From Candidatus Shapirobacteria bacterium (GTDB taxonomy: Bacteria > Patescibacteriota > Microgenomatia > UBA12405 > BS750m-G30): DNA of 64,000 nucleotides. The notes under the pieces are model-generated. The model was not told where the DNA came from and did no database searches. It worked only from the letters and a program-made list of their open reading frames with translations. Position 1 is the stretch's first letter. The number at the start of each line of letters is the position of its first letter. Below are positions 18,090 through 27,472 of the stretch, in pieces. A program made the position numbers and the translations under genes. The stretch covers positions 78,401 through 142,400 of the forward strand of contig JBDRHA010000006.1 of the NCBI GenBank assembly GCA_043817235.1, written 5' to 3'.

Positions 18090-18656
18090 ATGGGAAGAAT
18101 TGAAGCTCGGGATAGTGTTGATTCCTTAGCCGGATTTAATAATATTAATCATAGTATTGCAGTCAGAACCCGTAGTTTTTGCGATGATTGCTGGCCTTGG
18201 GGTTTAGATGAGATAGATGGCAATGGAATATCAGTATTAAACGAAACTCTTTCTGGACTAATAGTTCAAGGTAGCTCAGTGGATGATGTAGACAAAACAG
18301 CGGCTGATATTTATAGAGATTGTTTTATTAAGGAAATCAGAGAAAGGCAGAATGGGGATGACTTGCGCGCTCAAGCAGTCCAAGTGCTGGGGCAATTAGC
18401 TGATGATGGTCCGCTAATGGGAAGACTTTTCTCTTCTTGGGAGATACTAAAAGAAGACGTTCAGGCTCTAGCTGCCCCTTTAATAATCGCCGTTTGGCTA
18501 ATCAAAGATCCTGATCTTTGCAAGACAGAAGAAGGACGAGAGATGCATAAAAAAGTAAGAGCGATTCTAAAACCTTTTGCCGAAGCGGCCAGAAAATCCT
18601 GCGAGAAAAAAACCGATAGAGACGGAGGCTGGGAGCTTCTTGCCCGCTTTGCGTGA
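18090..18656 (+). CDS. Hypothetical protein
   Basis: 188-aa ORF with TTGACA promoter-like sequence upstream. Confidence 0.6.
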   Translation: MGRIEARDSVDSLAGFNNINHSIAVRTRSFCDDCWPWGLDEIDGNGISVLNETLSGLIVQGSSVDDVDKTAADIYRDCFIKEIRERQNGDDLRAQAVQVLGQLADDGPLMGRLFSSWEILKEDVQALAAPLIIAVWLIKDPDLCKTEEGREMHKKVRAILKPFAEAARKSCEKKTDRDGGWELLARFA

Positions 18657-18668
18657 TAAAATAGGAGA

Positions 18669-19277
18669 ATGATGAAGGTTGTTCGGCATCCTAATCCGAT
18701 TTTGCGAAAAAGATCTAAGCCGGTTAAAGATTGGGGTTTGGCCGAGAAAAAATTAATTACGGACTTAAAAAAAGTAATTAAAAAAAGTCGTATTGGCGTG
18801 GGTTTATCTGCTCCTCAAATAGGAGTGAATAAAAGAGTTTTTATTGGCCAAAAACAAGTATTTTTCCCTAAAGAACAGGAGTTTTCAATTTTTATTAATC
18901 CGATAATTGAAAAAACTTTTGGCCGAAAAGTTTATCCTTTGATGGCAGATGAAAAGGGAAACAGCGAGGAATTTTTGGAAGGCTGTTTGTCTTTTCCTGA
19001 TCTTTATGGACCGATAAAACGCTATTTAAAAATTAGCGTGAGTTTTTATCAGCCGACTGGTAAAGGAAACTTAGAAAAACAAAAAGCCCAGCTTGAAGGA
19101 CTAGGGGCAATTGTTTTTCAGCATGAACTTGACCATTTGAACGGGGTTTTGTTTGTGGATTATCTAAAAAAGGAAAAAAAGGATTTGTATAAAATAAGCA
19201 AGGATGGGGAAAGAACTAAAATTGATCTTAAAGGCTATGCTAGAATAGAAGACGATGTCTTCTGTCAGGCTAAATAA
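18669..19277 (+). CDS. def: Peptide deformylase
   Basis: GVGLSAPQIG, EGCLS, QHELDHLNG. Confidence 0.95.
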   Translation: MMKVVRHPNPILRKRSKPVKDWGLAEKKLITDLKKVIKKSRIGVGLSAPQIGVNKRVFIGQKQVFFPKEQEFSIFINPIIEKTFGRKVYPLMADEKGNSEEFLEGCLSFPDLYGPIKRYLKISVSFYQPTGKGNLEKQKAQLEGLGAIVFQHELDHLNGVLFVDYLKKEKKDLYKISKDGERTKIDLKGYARIEDDVFCQAK

Positions 19278-21126
19278 AATAATCTTCTTTTTGTATGCGG
19301 CTCTCCTTTTTTTGGCGCCTTTGTTTTTTCTCCCTTATAGTTTTGAACTTTTTGAATTTAATAAAATAATTTTAGTTTATGCTTTTACCTTGCTTATTAC
19401 ATCAGCCTGGGCTGGGCGGATGATTTTAGAGAAAAGAATAATTTTTAAAAAGACGTTTTTATTTTGGCCTTTAATTATATTTTTTCTTTCTCAACTGCTA
19501 TCAACTGTTTTTTCCATTGATCCTCATACCAGTTTTTATGGCTACTATTCGCGCTTTAACGGTGGTCTTCTTTCTGTAATCTGTTATTTGCTTCTTTTTT
19601 GGGCCTTAGTTTCGAATGGAAAGAAAGATTGGGTGGAAAAATTAATTACGATTAGTTTAATTTCGGCTCTCTTAGTTGCTTTTTATGGAGTTTTAGAAAA
19701 ACTTGGGATTGATAAGAATATTTGGGTGCAGGATGTTCAAAACCGTGTTTTTTCTACCCTGGGTCAGCCTAATTGGCTGGCCGCTTTTTTGGCCGTATTT
19801 TTAATAATTATTCCGGCTAGAGCTTCTCTTTTTCACTATGCTCTTTTTATAGTTCTTTATCTTTGTTTGCTTTTTACTAAATCGCGATCCGGATTTTTGG
19901 GTTTTGGATCTGGTTTTTTACTTTTTTCTTTTTCAAGCTTTTTAATTTTTAAAAAGAAAAGAAAAGAACTTTTTCGGCAAGCAATTTTTTTGCCCGGTTT
20001 AATAATAATTTCTTTAAGCTTAATTTTCGGTACGCCCTTTTCCTCTTCTATTTCGGACTGGTTTCAAAATAAGCCGCCTCAAGAAGAGAAGGGCCTGGCT
20101 TTTACTAGCTTAGATGAGCCAAACATCACCCCTTCTTCTCAGATTAGAAAAATTGTTTGGAAAGGGGCTTTAGCCCTTTGGAAAGAGCAGCCGCTTCTAG
20201 GCACTGGCGTGGAGACTTTTGCCTATGCTTATTATTGGGTGAGGCCAGCAGAGCATAATTTGACTTCGGAATGGGATTTTCTTTATAACAAGGCCCACAA
20301 TGAATATCTTAACTATGCGGCCAATAGCGGAAGCCTGGGTTTGCTTAGCTATCTGATATTAGTCTTTATCTATTCTTTTTGGGTATTTAAGAAATTAAGA
20401 CATAAAAATATTAAGAAAAAAGAAAAGTTATTTGTTTTAGCTTTTTTTAGCTCTTGGGTAAGCATTTTAGTTTCTAATTTTTTCGGCTTTTCGGTTGTAG
20501 CTACCAGCTTATGGTTTTTTCTTCTTCCCGCTTTTAGTTTTTTGCTTCATTCCCGGGGAGAAAAAGAAGCGAAGATAGATTGTAATTTAAATTTGGGGCA
20601 AAAGATCTTGCTCTTGCTTTTAATTTTTAACTCTTCACTTTTAACCTTTCACTTATACTCTTATTGGCAAGCAGATTATTATTTGGCTGCTGGCATAGAG
20701 GCTCAGAATCATGGATCTTACGAGCAAAGTGCTAATTTGTTATCTAGGGCAATTGAATTAAGGAAAAACGAACCCCTTTACTATGATAAGCTAAGCTTAA
20801 CCCTTGCTTATCAGGGGAGAATTCAAGAGGCAATCGAGGCCAGTGATCGCGCCTTAGGCCTTAATCCTTATCAGCTTAATTATTACCGCGACCGGGCCAG
20901 CTTGTTTTATATTCTCTCTCAAAGAGATATTGACTATTTAAAAAGGTCTTTGGAGGCGATGCTTGCCGCTATTAATCTAGCCCCAACCGACGCCAAGCTT
21001 TATTATAATGCTGGGCTAATGTTTTCCTCCTTGGGTGAAAAGGAAAAGGGAAGGGAATATTTAAAAAAGGCAGTAGAGCTAAAAAGTAATTATGATCAGG
21101 CGAGGCAGTTTTTAGAAAATGAATAA
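19255..21126 (+). CDS. O-antigen ligase-family membrane protein with C-terminal TPRs
   Basis: STLGQPNW, TKSRSG, GTGVETF, KAHNEYL; TPR-like repeats. Confidence 0.85.
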   Translation: MSSVRLNKIIFFLYAALLFLAPLFFLPYSFELFEFNKIILVYAFTLLITSAWAGRMILEKRIIFKKTFLFWPLIIFFLSQLLSTVFSIDPHTSFYGYYSRFNGGLLSVICYLLLFWALVSNGKKDWVEKLITISLISALLVAFYGVLEKLGIDKNIWVQDVQNRVFSTLGQPNWLAAFLAVFLIIIPARASLFHYALFIVLYLCLLFTKSRSGFLGFGSGFLLFSFSSFLIFKKKRKELFRQAIFLPGLIIISLSLIFGTPFSSSISDWFQNKPPQEEKGLAFTSLDEPNITPSSQIRKIVWKGALALWKEQPLLGTGVETFAYAYYWVRPAEHNLTSEWDFLYNKAHNEYLNYAANSGSLGLLSYLILVFIYSFWVFKKLRHKNIKKKEKLFVLAFFSSWVSILVSNFFGFSVVATSLWFFLLPAFSFLLHSRGEKEAKIDCNLNLGQKILLLLLIFNSSLLTFHLYSYWQADYYLAAGIEAQNHGSYEQSANLLSRAIELRKNEPLYYDKLSLTLAYQGRIQEAIEASDRALGLNPYQLNYYRDRASLFYILSQRDIDYLKRSLEAMLAAINLAPTDAKLYYNAGLMFSSLGEKEKGREYLKKAVELKSNYDQARQFLENE

Positions 21127-22177
21127 TCAGATTTTTAGCAAGTTTAGCGAGTATAATCTTGGCCTTGATTTAGGCAGCAGCTTTGTTAAAGTTTTTGCGG
21201 ATACCAAGGGAGTTTTGTTTTTTGAGCCTTCGGTTATTGCCCGGCAGAAAAAAAAGGGAAAACAGATAATTGCGGTGGGGAAAAAGGCGGCGGCGATTAT
21301 GGGCAAAGAGCCCCAAAATATAGAAGTAATAGAGCCGATTGAAAATGGAGTAATTGCTGATTTTGATGCCGCTTTATGTTTAACCAAATATCTTTTTAGT
21401 CTTGTTTCGCAAACTCCCGGTAAATGGCTAAGGCTTTTGGGTCCCAAAGTGATTGCTGGTGTTTCCTGCCAGGCAACAGAGGTAGAGCGTCGGGCAATTA
21501 AAGCAGTTTTAGTAAAAAGTGGAGCTCGGGAAGTATTTTTAATTGAAAAGCCCATGGCTGCAGCGGTGGGCTTAGCTTTGCCAATTGAAGGCTCGGGCGG
21601 GTTTTTAGTTTTGGATATTGGTGGAAGCACGACAGAAATGGCTGTTTTGTCTTTGGGAGGGATTGTCTTGGAGCGGTTTTTGCCGATTGGCGGAGAGGAT
21701 TTTAATCAGGCAATTATAAATTATTTAAGATTAAAGTATGGCATGCTTATTGGCCGGCCGACGGCCCAGAAAGTAAAAGAAGAGCTAGGCAGTGTTTCGG
21801 GAAGAGCTATAACCTCGCGCTTGAGCATGGTGGTGCGGGGCCGGGATTTGGCTACCGGACTGCCTAAAAGTATTCGGATTAAAAAAAATGAAGTAATGGA
21901 ATCATTGGTTCCTTTGGTTCAAAAGATTACGCTTGCTTTAAGAGAAATGCTGGAAGAAACTCCGGCTGAGTTAACCGACGATATTTTAAAAAGGGGGATA
22001 TATCTATCCGGCGGAAGCGCGAGGCTGGCTGGCTGGGAAGATTTAGTCACTGAAGAAACAAAGATGCCGGCGATTTTGGCCGATAAACCCCAAGAGTTGG
22101 TAGTGCGGGGGTGCGGTGCCTTGCTGGCTGATAAAAGTTTGCTAAAAAGAGTAAAGTTGGTGGCCGGATTAAAATGA
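21119..22177 (+). CDS. mreB: Rod shape-determining protein MreB
   Basis: GLDLGS, EPSVIA, GVIADF, DIGGSTTE, GRDLATGLP. Confidence 0.93.
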   Translation: MNNQIFSKFSEYNLGLDLGSSFVKVFADTKGVLFFEPSVIARQKKKGKQIIAVGKKAAAIMGKEPQNIEVIEPIENGVIADFDAALCLTKYLFSLVSQTPGKWLRLLGPKVIAGVSCQATEVERRAIKAVLVKSGAREVFLIEKPMAAAVGLALPIEGSGGFLVLDIGGSTTEMAVLSLGGIVLERFLPIGGEDFNQAIINYLRLKYGMLIGRPTAQKVKEELGSVSGRAITSRLSMVVRGRDLATGLPKSIRIKKNEVMESLVPLVQKITLALREMLEETPAELTDDILKRGIYLSGGSARLAGWEDLVTEETKMPAILADKPQELVVRGCGALLADKSLLKRVKLVAGLK

Positions 22178-22890
22178 GAAAAAGTTTAGTAATTTTGCTG
22201 GGCATTAGCCTGCTTCTTTGGATTCTAGATGGCCGTGGTTTTCTGGATTTTATTCATGATTTTTTCTCAAAAGCAACAGAAAATGCTCGCCAGGAATCTG
22301 TAGCCTTGAGTCAAAAAGTGCCAGGAGAAAAAAAGGAAGCAGAAATTGAGGCTTTAAATCTGAAAATTAGCCAGCTAACCGAAGAAAACCAATCTTGTCG
22401 GAGGCTTTTGGGAGCGGATCTTTCGCCAAAACTAAAATTTATTCCGGCGCAGATACTAGGCGTGAACAAAGAAGGATTTGTTTTAAATGTAGGCAGTTTT
22501 CAGGGCTTGCAAGAAGGAAGCTTGATTCTTTGGGAGAATATTTTAGTGGGAAAAATAACTAAGGTAAATTCTTTTAGCAGTGAAGCAATAAGCATAGCCA
22601 ATAAAGATTTTCAGCTGGCTGTAGGAATTTGGAGAGTCGCCGACGAAAATAAGCCCTTAACAGGCAAGGGGATATTGCGCGGCGGACCTGCTCTGGTAGT
22701 GGAAGAAATTTTAGCTGACGAATTAGTGGAGACGGGAGATTTGGTAGCCAGCTTAGAGTCAGGTGGAGAATTTTTAATAGGAAGAGTCAGCGCGGCAGAT
22801 TGGGAAGAGGGTAAATATTTTAAAAGAGCGGCAGTTGATTGGCTAATTGATTGGAAAACCTTGAGAACAGTGATGGTGGTAAAAATATGA
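22174..22890 (+). CDS. mreC: MreC
   Basis: TM, coiled coil EENQSCRRLL, LVGKI; gene order. Confidence 0.8.
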   Translation: MRKSLVILLGISLLLWILDGRGFLDFIHDFFSKATENARQESVALSQKVPGEKKEAEIEALNLKISQLTEENQSCRRLLGADLSPKLKFIPAQILGVNKEGFVLNVGSFQGLQEGSLILWENILVGKITKVNSFSSEAISIANKDFQLAVGIWRVADENKPLTGKGILRGGPALVVEEILADELVETGDLVASLESGGEFLIGRVSAADWEEGKYFKRAAVDWLIDWKTLRTVMVVKI

Positions 22891-23174
22891 AGGAAAATAC
22901 TTGGTTTGTTTTTTATCTAATTTTAGGCTTAGGTATTGGCTGGACAGAGGCGGTTTGGGGGCTATTTTGGCTTTGGTTTTTATTCCTTCTGTTAATTTTT
23001 AAAAGCCAAGTTGCGATCCAAAAATGGTGGGCCTTGGCTTTCGGCTTAGGTCTTATTCGGGATTTGCTTAAAGGAGCGAATTTGGGCCAAAGCTCTTTTT
23101 TCTTTTTAATCAGTTTTACTTTATTTTGGCAGATAACTAGGAGTTATCGCCAGCCTAATCGCTTTTTATCATGA
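22887..23174 (+). CDS. mreD: MreD-like membrane protein
   Basis: GLIRDLL...LGQSS motif; lies between mreC and mrdA. Confidence 0.65.
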   Translation: MKENTWFVFYLILGLGIGWTEAVWGLFWLWFLFLLLIFKSQVAIQKWWALAFGLGLIRDLLKGANLGQSSFFFLISFTLFWQITRSYRQPNRFLS

Positions 23175-24788
23175 ATACTTTATTTGCCCAAAACAATCAA
23201 GAGAGATTATTTTTTACCGCCAGGGCTATTGTTTTTTTAAGTTTTTTTTGTTTTATTGCTGAGGTCTTTTACCCTTGCCCTGGTTCGAGGAAGTTACTAT
23301 TTGAAAAGCGCGGAAAATAATCGTTTACGCAAAATACCTTTGCTTGCTCCTCGGGGAAGGATTGTTGGTTTAAGCGGGGAGGTGTTGGCCGATGACTTGA
23401 TTATTTATCAAGATGCACAAGGCAAAGAGCTGGAACGAGAGCAAGCTTTGCTTCAAAAGGCCGCAGGAGGAGAAGTAGTTGATGTTTTGGCCCGCCGTTA
23501 TTTGCTAAAAGAAGCGGCGGCTCATTTGACCGGATATTTAGGGAGCGTGGGCGAAAAGGAGCTGGGAAAAAAACGCTGTGCTGAAAAAGATATTAATTAT
23601 TCATTGCATGATCAGGTCGGCAGGGGAGGATTAGAAGAGATTTATGATTGTTTGCTGGCTGGGGAAGAAGGGGAAAAGCTGGTTGAAGTTGATTCTCAGG
23701 GCCAGATTGTACGGGAATTGGGGCGAATTGATCCCCAGCCCGGGGAGGACCTGGTGGTTTCCTTAGATTTAGGTTTGCAGAAATTTGCCTGGGAAAAAAT
23801 AAAGGACTTAAAGGCGGCTGTGGTTGTTTTGGAGGCGGAAACAGGGAAAATTTTAGCTCTAGTTTCCGCTCCCTCTTTTGACCCAAATGTTTTTGGTTTA
23901 GATCGGGACGAGGAAAAAGTTAAAAGTTATTTAGGTGATCGAGAAAATACGCCCTTGTTCAATCGAGCTTTAGCCGGTGCTTATCAGCCGGGTTCGGTTT
24001 TTAAGCCGGTTTTGGCTGTAGCTGGCTTGGAAGAGAGGGTGATTGATTCCCAAACAAGTGTTTTTGATACTGGTTTTATTCAAATAGGGGAATGGCAATA
24101 TAAAAACTGGTACTGGACTGACTATGGCCGCACTGAAGGAGAAGTGAATTTGGTGAAAGCGATACAGCGCTCTAATGATATTTATTTTTACAAATTGGGA
24201 GAATGGCTGGGGGTAGATAATATCAGCAAATGGGCAAGCCGGTTGGGATTAGGAAAAAAAACCGGCATTGACCTGCCAGCCGAAGCATCTGGCTTAGTCC
24301 CTACTGCAGATTGGAAGAGACAGGTGCGCAGCGAGATCTGGTTTTTGGGCAATACTTATCACTTCGCTATTGGCCAAGGAGACTTAACGACTACGCCGCT
24401 GCAAATTGCCCAAATGACGGCGGCAGTAACTAATGGAGGGCGATTATGCCAGCCTCAGATCAATGGTCTTTTGGAAAGTAATTGTCTTGATTTGGGTATT
24501 AGCCGTGCAAATTTGGAGGTAATAAAAGAAGGAATGAGGCAGGCTTGCCAAAGCGGGGGAACAGGATTTCCTTTTTTTGATTTTAATCCACCTGCTGGTT
24601 GCAAAACCGGAACAGCCCAAACCGGAGGAGAAGAGGAATCTCATGCCTGGCTTAGCGCATTTTTTCCAGCAGATAAGCCCAAGATTAGCATGGTTGTTTT
24701 TGTCGAAAAGGGAGGCTCTGGGGCTTATGTGGCAGCTCCTATTGCTCGGGAAATTGCTGATTATCTAAAAAACGCGAATTATTTTTAA
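23171..24788 (+). CDS. mrdA: Penicillin-binding protein 2 with an apparent frameshift in a T8 run at 23242-23249
   Basis: SAENNR, APRG, PGSVFK (SxxK), SND (SxN), KTGT; the ATG at 23171 overlapping the mreD stop is one base out of frame. Confidence 0.85.
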
Positions 24789-24790
24789 AA

Positions 24791-26068
24791 ATGAAAAGAT
24801 TAAAAATAGGCATTGCCGGAGGCGGTTTTTCCGGTTTGACTTTGGGCTATAAACTTAGCCAAAAAGGCCACCAGGTAACGGTTTTTGAAAAAGAAAAAAG
24901 ATTAGGCGGCTTAGCCTCTTCTTTTAAAGTTCAGGACTGGTCTTGGCCGCTAGACCATTTTTACCGCCACGTTTTTGCTAAAGACCAAGACTTCATTCAG
25001 CTAGTAAAAGAACTTGGTCAAAAAGATAAGTTAATTTATAAAAGGGCATTAAGCTCGGTTTATTTTCAAAATGAGATTTATCCTTTTGACTCCCCGCAAA
25101 ATATCTTAAGATTTCCTGGCTTGGGAAAGCTTTCTAAAATAAGGATGGGAGGATGTCTAGCCCTTTTTAAATATTTGCCTTATTCTCTTTTTTACGAAAA
25201 ATTTAGTACAGAAAAGACCTTGCCGAAGCTCATGGGCTCAGAAGGCTATAGGTTGATATGGCAACCCTTATTAAGCCAGAAGTTTGGAAAACATACAGAT
25301 AAAATTCCGCTTTCGTGGTTTTGGGCAAGAGTAAACTCTAGGACAACCGAATTAGGATATTATCAGAAAAGCTTCAGCCGGATGGCGAATTTGCTAGCCA
25401 AAAAGATAATTGGCTATAAGGGTAAGGTAAAAAAGAACTTTGAGATAAAGAATATTGAGAAAAAACACGATAGATTTATACTGAAGGGAAATGGGAAGAC
25501 TTATTCTTTTGATAAAATTATTTTAACATGTTCACTTGCTGACTCTCTTAGAATGGCCGGTTCTCTTTTAGTTAAGGAAAAAGTAAAATATAGTGATTTA
25601 AAAAGCTTGGGTGCGGCGGTTTTAGTCTTAAGGTTAAAGGATAAATTTTTTCCTGATCAAACTTACTGGCTTAATATTTTAGATAGCTCTTGGCCTTTTG
25701 TCGCGGCCATAGAGCATACGAATTTTATAAGTCCAAAATATTATCATGATGAGCACTTAGCTTATTTGGCCGGATATTATCCCCAAGATCATCCAATTTT
25801 TAAGATGGACAAAGAAGAAGTATTAAAAATATTTTTGCCTTTCGCTAAAAAAATAAATCGAAATATAGAAAAAAAAATAATAGAAAGTCATTATTATTAT
25901 AATCTTGAAGCCCAGCCAGTTCCGGTTTTAAATTACTCCCAAAAAGCGCCAAAGATGAATACCAGTGTTAAGGGTCTTTATTGGTTGACCTTGCATCATA
26001 TTTACCCTTATGATCGGGGAGTGAATTATGCCATTGTTTACGCTAATAAATTAGCGAGGATGGTTTAA
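24791..26068 (+). CDS. FAD/NAD(P)-dependent oxidoreductase (HemY/amine oxidase-like)
   Basis: GGGFSGL..E...RLGGLA; YP.DRG C-terminal motif. Confidence 0.85.
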   Translation: MKRLKIGIAGGGFSGLTLGYKLSQKGHQVTVFEKEKRLGGLASSFKVQDWSWPLDHFYRHVFAKDQDFIQLVKELGQKDKLIYKRALSSVYFQNEIYPFDSPQNILRFPGLGKLSKIRMGGCLALFKYLPYSLFYEKFSTEKTLPKLMGSEGYRLIWQPLLSQKFGKHTDKIPLSWFWARVNSRTTELGYYQKSFSRMANLLAKKIIGYKGKVKKNFEIKNIEKKHDRFILKGNGKTYSFDKIILTCSLADSLRMAGSLLVKEKVKYSDLKSLGAAVLVLRLKDKFFPDQTYWLNILDSSWPFVAAIEHTNFISPKYYHDEHLAYLAGYYPQDHPIFKMDKEEVLKIFLPFAKKINRNIEKKIIESHYYYNLEAQPVPVLNYSQKAPKMNTSVKGLYWLTLHHIYPYDRGVNYAIVYANKLARMV

Positions 26069-27225
26069 TAGTATTTTTTGCCTTTGAGTTGGTCAGGAAG
26101 GAGCGACTTGCTTTTGTTTGGATAGGCTTCGTAATTTTTGCCATAGCCGGCTTTCTTCATCAATTTAGTGACCGGATTACGCAAGCTTAAAGGAATGGGG
26201 AGATTGCCAAATTGGCGAACATCATTTAGAGCTTTCATATAGGCATTATAGGCTCGGCGGTCTTTTTTCGCTTGGGCTAGAAATACTACTCCAGCCGCCA
26301 AATTTTCCTGGCATTCGGGCAGACCGACTTGCTGACAGGCTTGGAAAACAGCGTTAGCTACAACCAGAGCGGTAGGCGAGGCGACATCTTCGGAAGCAAA
26401 AACAACCATCCGGCGGGCAATAAAAAGTGGATCTTCACCGCTGACGATCATTCGGGCTAAATAATAAAGAGCCGCGTCCACTTGAGAAGCGCGCATGCAT
26501 TTAATAAAAGCGCTAATGGTGTTGTAGTGTTCTTCTCCGGTTTTATCGTAGCGTAAAGTTGTTGAGGAGAGAATTTTTTTAATTGTTTTTTCATCGATTA
26601 GCGCTGATTTTTTGGTTAGGCCATAGGCCTGCTCAATCAAGTTTAAACCTACTCGAGCATCACCATTGCTAATATTGGCGACTAATTCTTTAGCCGGTGA
26701 GGTTATTTTCTTTTTGAGTTTTTTTAATCCTCTTTTAATAATAGTATTTATTTCTTTTCCTGATAAAGGATTAAAAATCAAGGTTTGGCTGCGGGAAAGA
26801 AGAGGGGAAATTACATAAAAAGAGGGGTTTTCCGTAGTAGCGCTGATTAAGATGATTTTTCCAGATTCTACGGGTGAAAGGAGCACATCCTGCTGGGCCT
26901 TGGAAAAGCGATGAATTTCGTCAATAAAGATTAAGGTGGGGAGAAAAAGGGGAGCGCTAAAAATTTTTTGAAGCTCGGATTTTTTGGCCGAAACAGCCGA
27001 GAATTCTTGAAAACTAATACCTAAAGAATGAGCAATAATTCGGGCCAAAGTAGTTTTTCCGACCCCGGGCGGACCCCAGAAAACTAAAGAAGGAAAAGAA
27101 AGATTTTTTTTCAAAAGCAGTTTTCGAATATACCCATTTCTGCCGGTTAAGTGCTCTTGCCCGACAAATTCGTTTAGGCTTTTAGGTCTAATTAAATCAG
27201 CAAGCGGCTGCATAGAAGCAATCAT
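26065..27225 (-). CDS. rarA: Replication-associated recombination protein A
   Basis: GPPGVGKTT, DEIHRF, ATTENP, ISAFIK, ASED. Confidence 0.95.
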   Translation of the reverse strand: MIASMQPLADLIRPKSLNEFVGQEHLTGRNGYIRKLLLKKNLSFPSLVFWGPPGVGKTTLARIIAHSLGISFQEFSAVSAKKSELQKIFSAPLFLPTLIFIDEIHRFSKAQQDVLLSPVESGKIILISATTENPSFYVISPLLSRSQTLIFNPLSGKEINTIIKRGLKKLKKKITSPAKELVANISNGDARVGLNLIEQAYGLTKKSALIDEKTIKKILSSTTLRYDKTGEEHYNTISAFIKCMRASQVDAALYYLARMIVSGEDPLFIARRMVVFASEDVASPTALVVANAVFQACQQVGLPECQENLAAGVVFLAQAKKDRRAYNAYMKALNDVRQFGNLPIPLSLRNPVTKLMKKAGYGKNYEAYPNKSKSLLPDQLKGKKYY

Positions 27226-27264
27226 ATCACAAACCCGAACAAAAGGCGAAGATCAAGCGGGGTA

Positions 27265-27423
27265 GTCATTCCGAGCGAGTCCCGAGTACTCGGGAGGAGT
27301 CGAGGAATCTTCGGAATTAAAAAGGAAAGATCCCTCGACTGCGCCCCGCGACTCGCGGGGCTGCGCCCGGGATGACAAAAATAATGTCATTGCGAGCCCC
27401 GCAGCTGCGGGACGTGACAATCT
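27265..27423. repeat. Composite GTCAT...ATGAC palindromic repeats
   Basis: GTCATTCCGAG...GGAATCT...AGATCCCTCG...CGGGATGAC, then a half element TGTCATTGCGAG. Confidence 0.85.
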
Positions 27424-27472
27424 TTCCAGATGAGTTGTCTATTTATATCTGTTATTATAAGAACGAACAAAG

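Noticed and set aside
21127-21630. Antisense ORFs inside mreB and other housekeeping genes
   Set aside because: Shadow frames of well-supported genes
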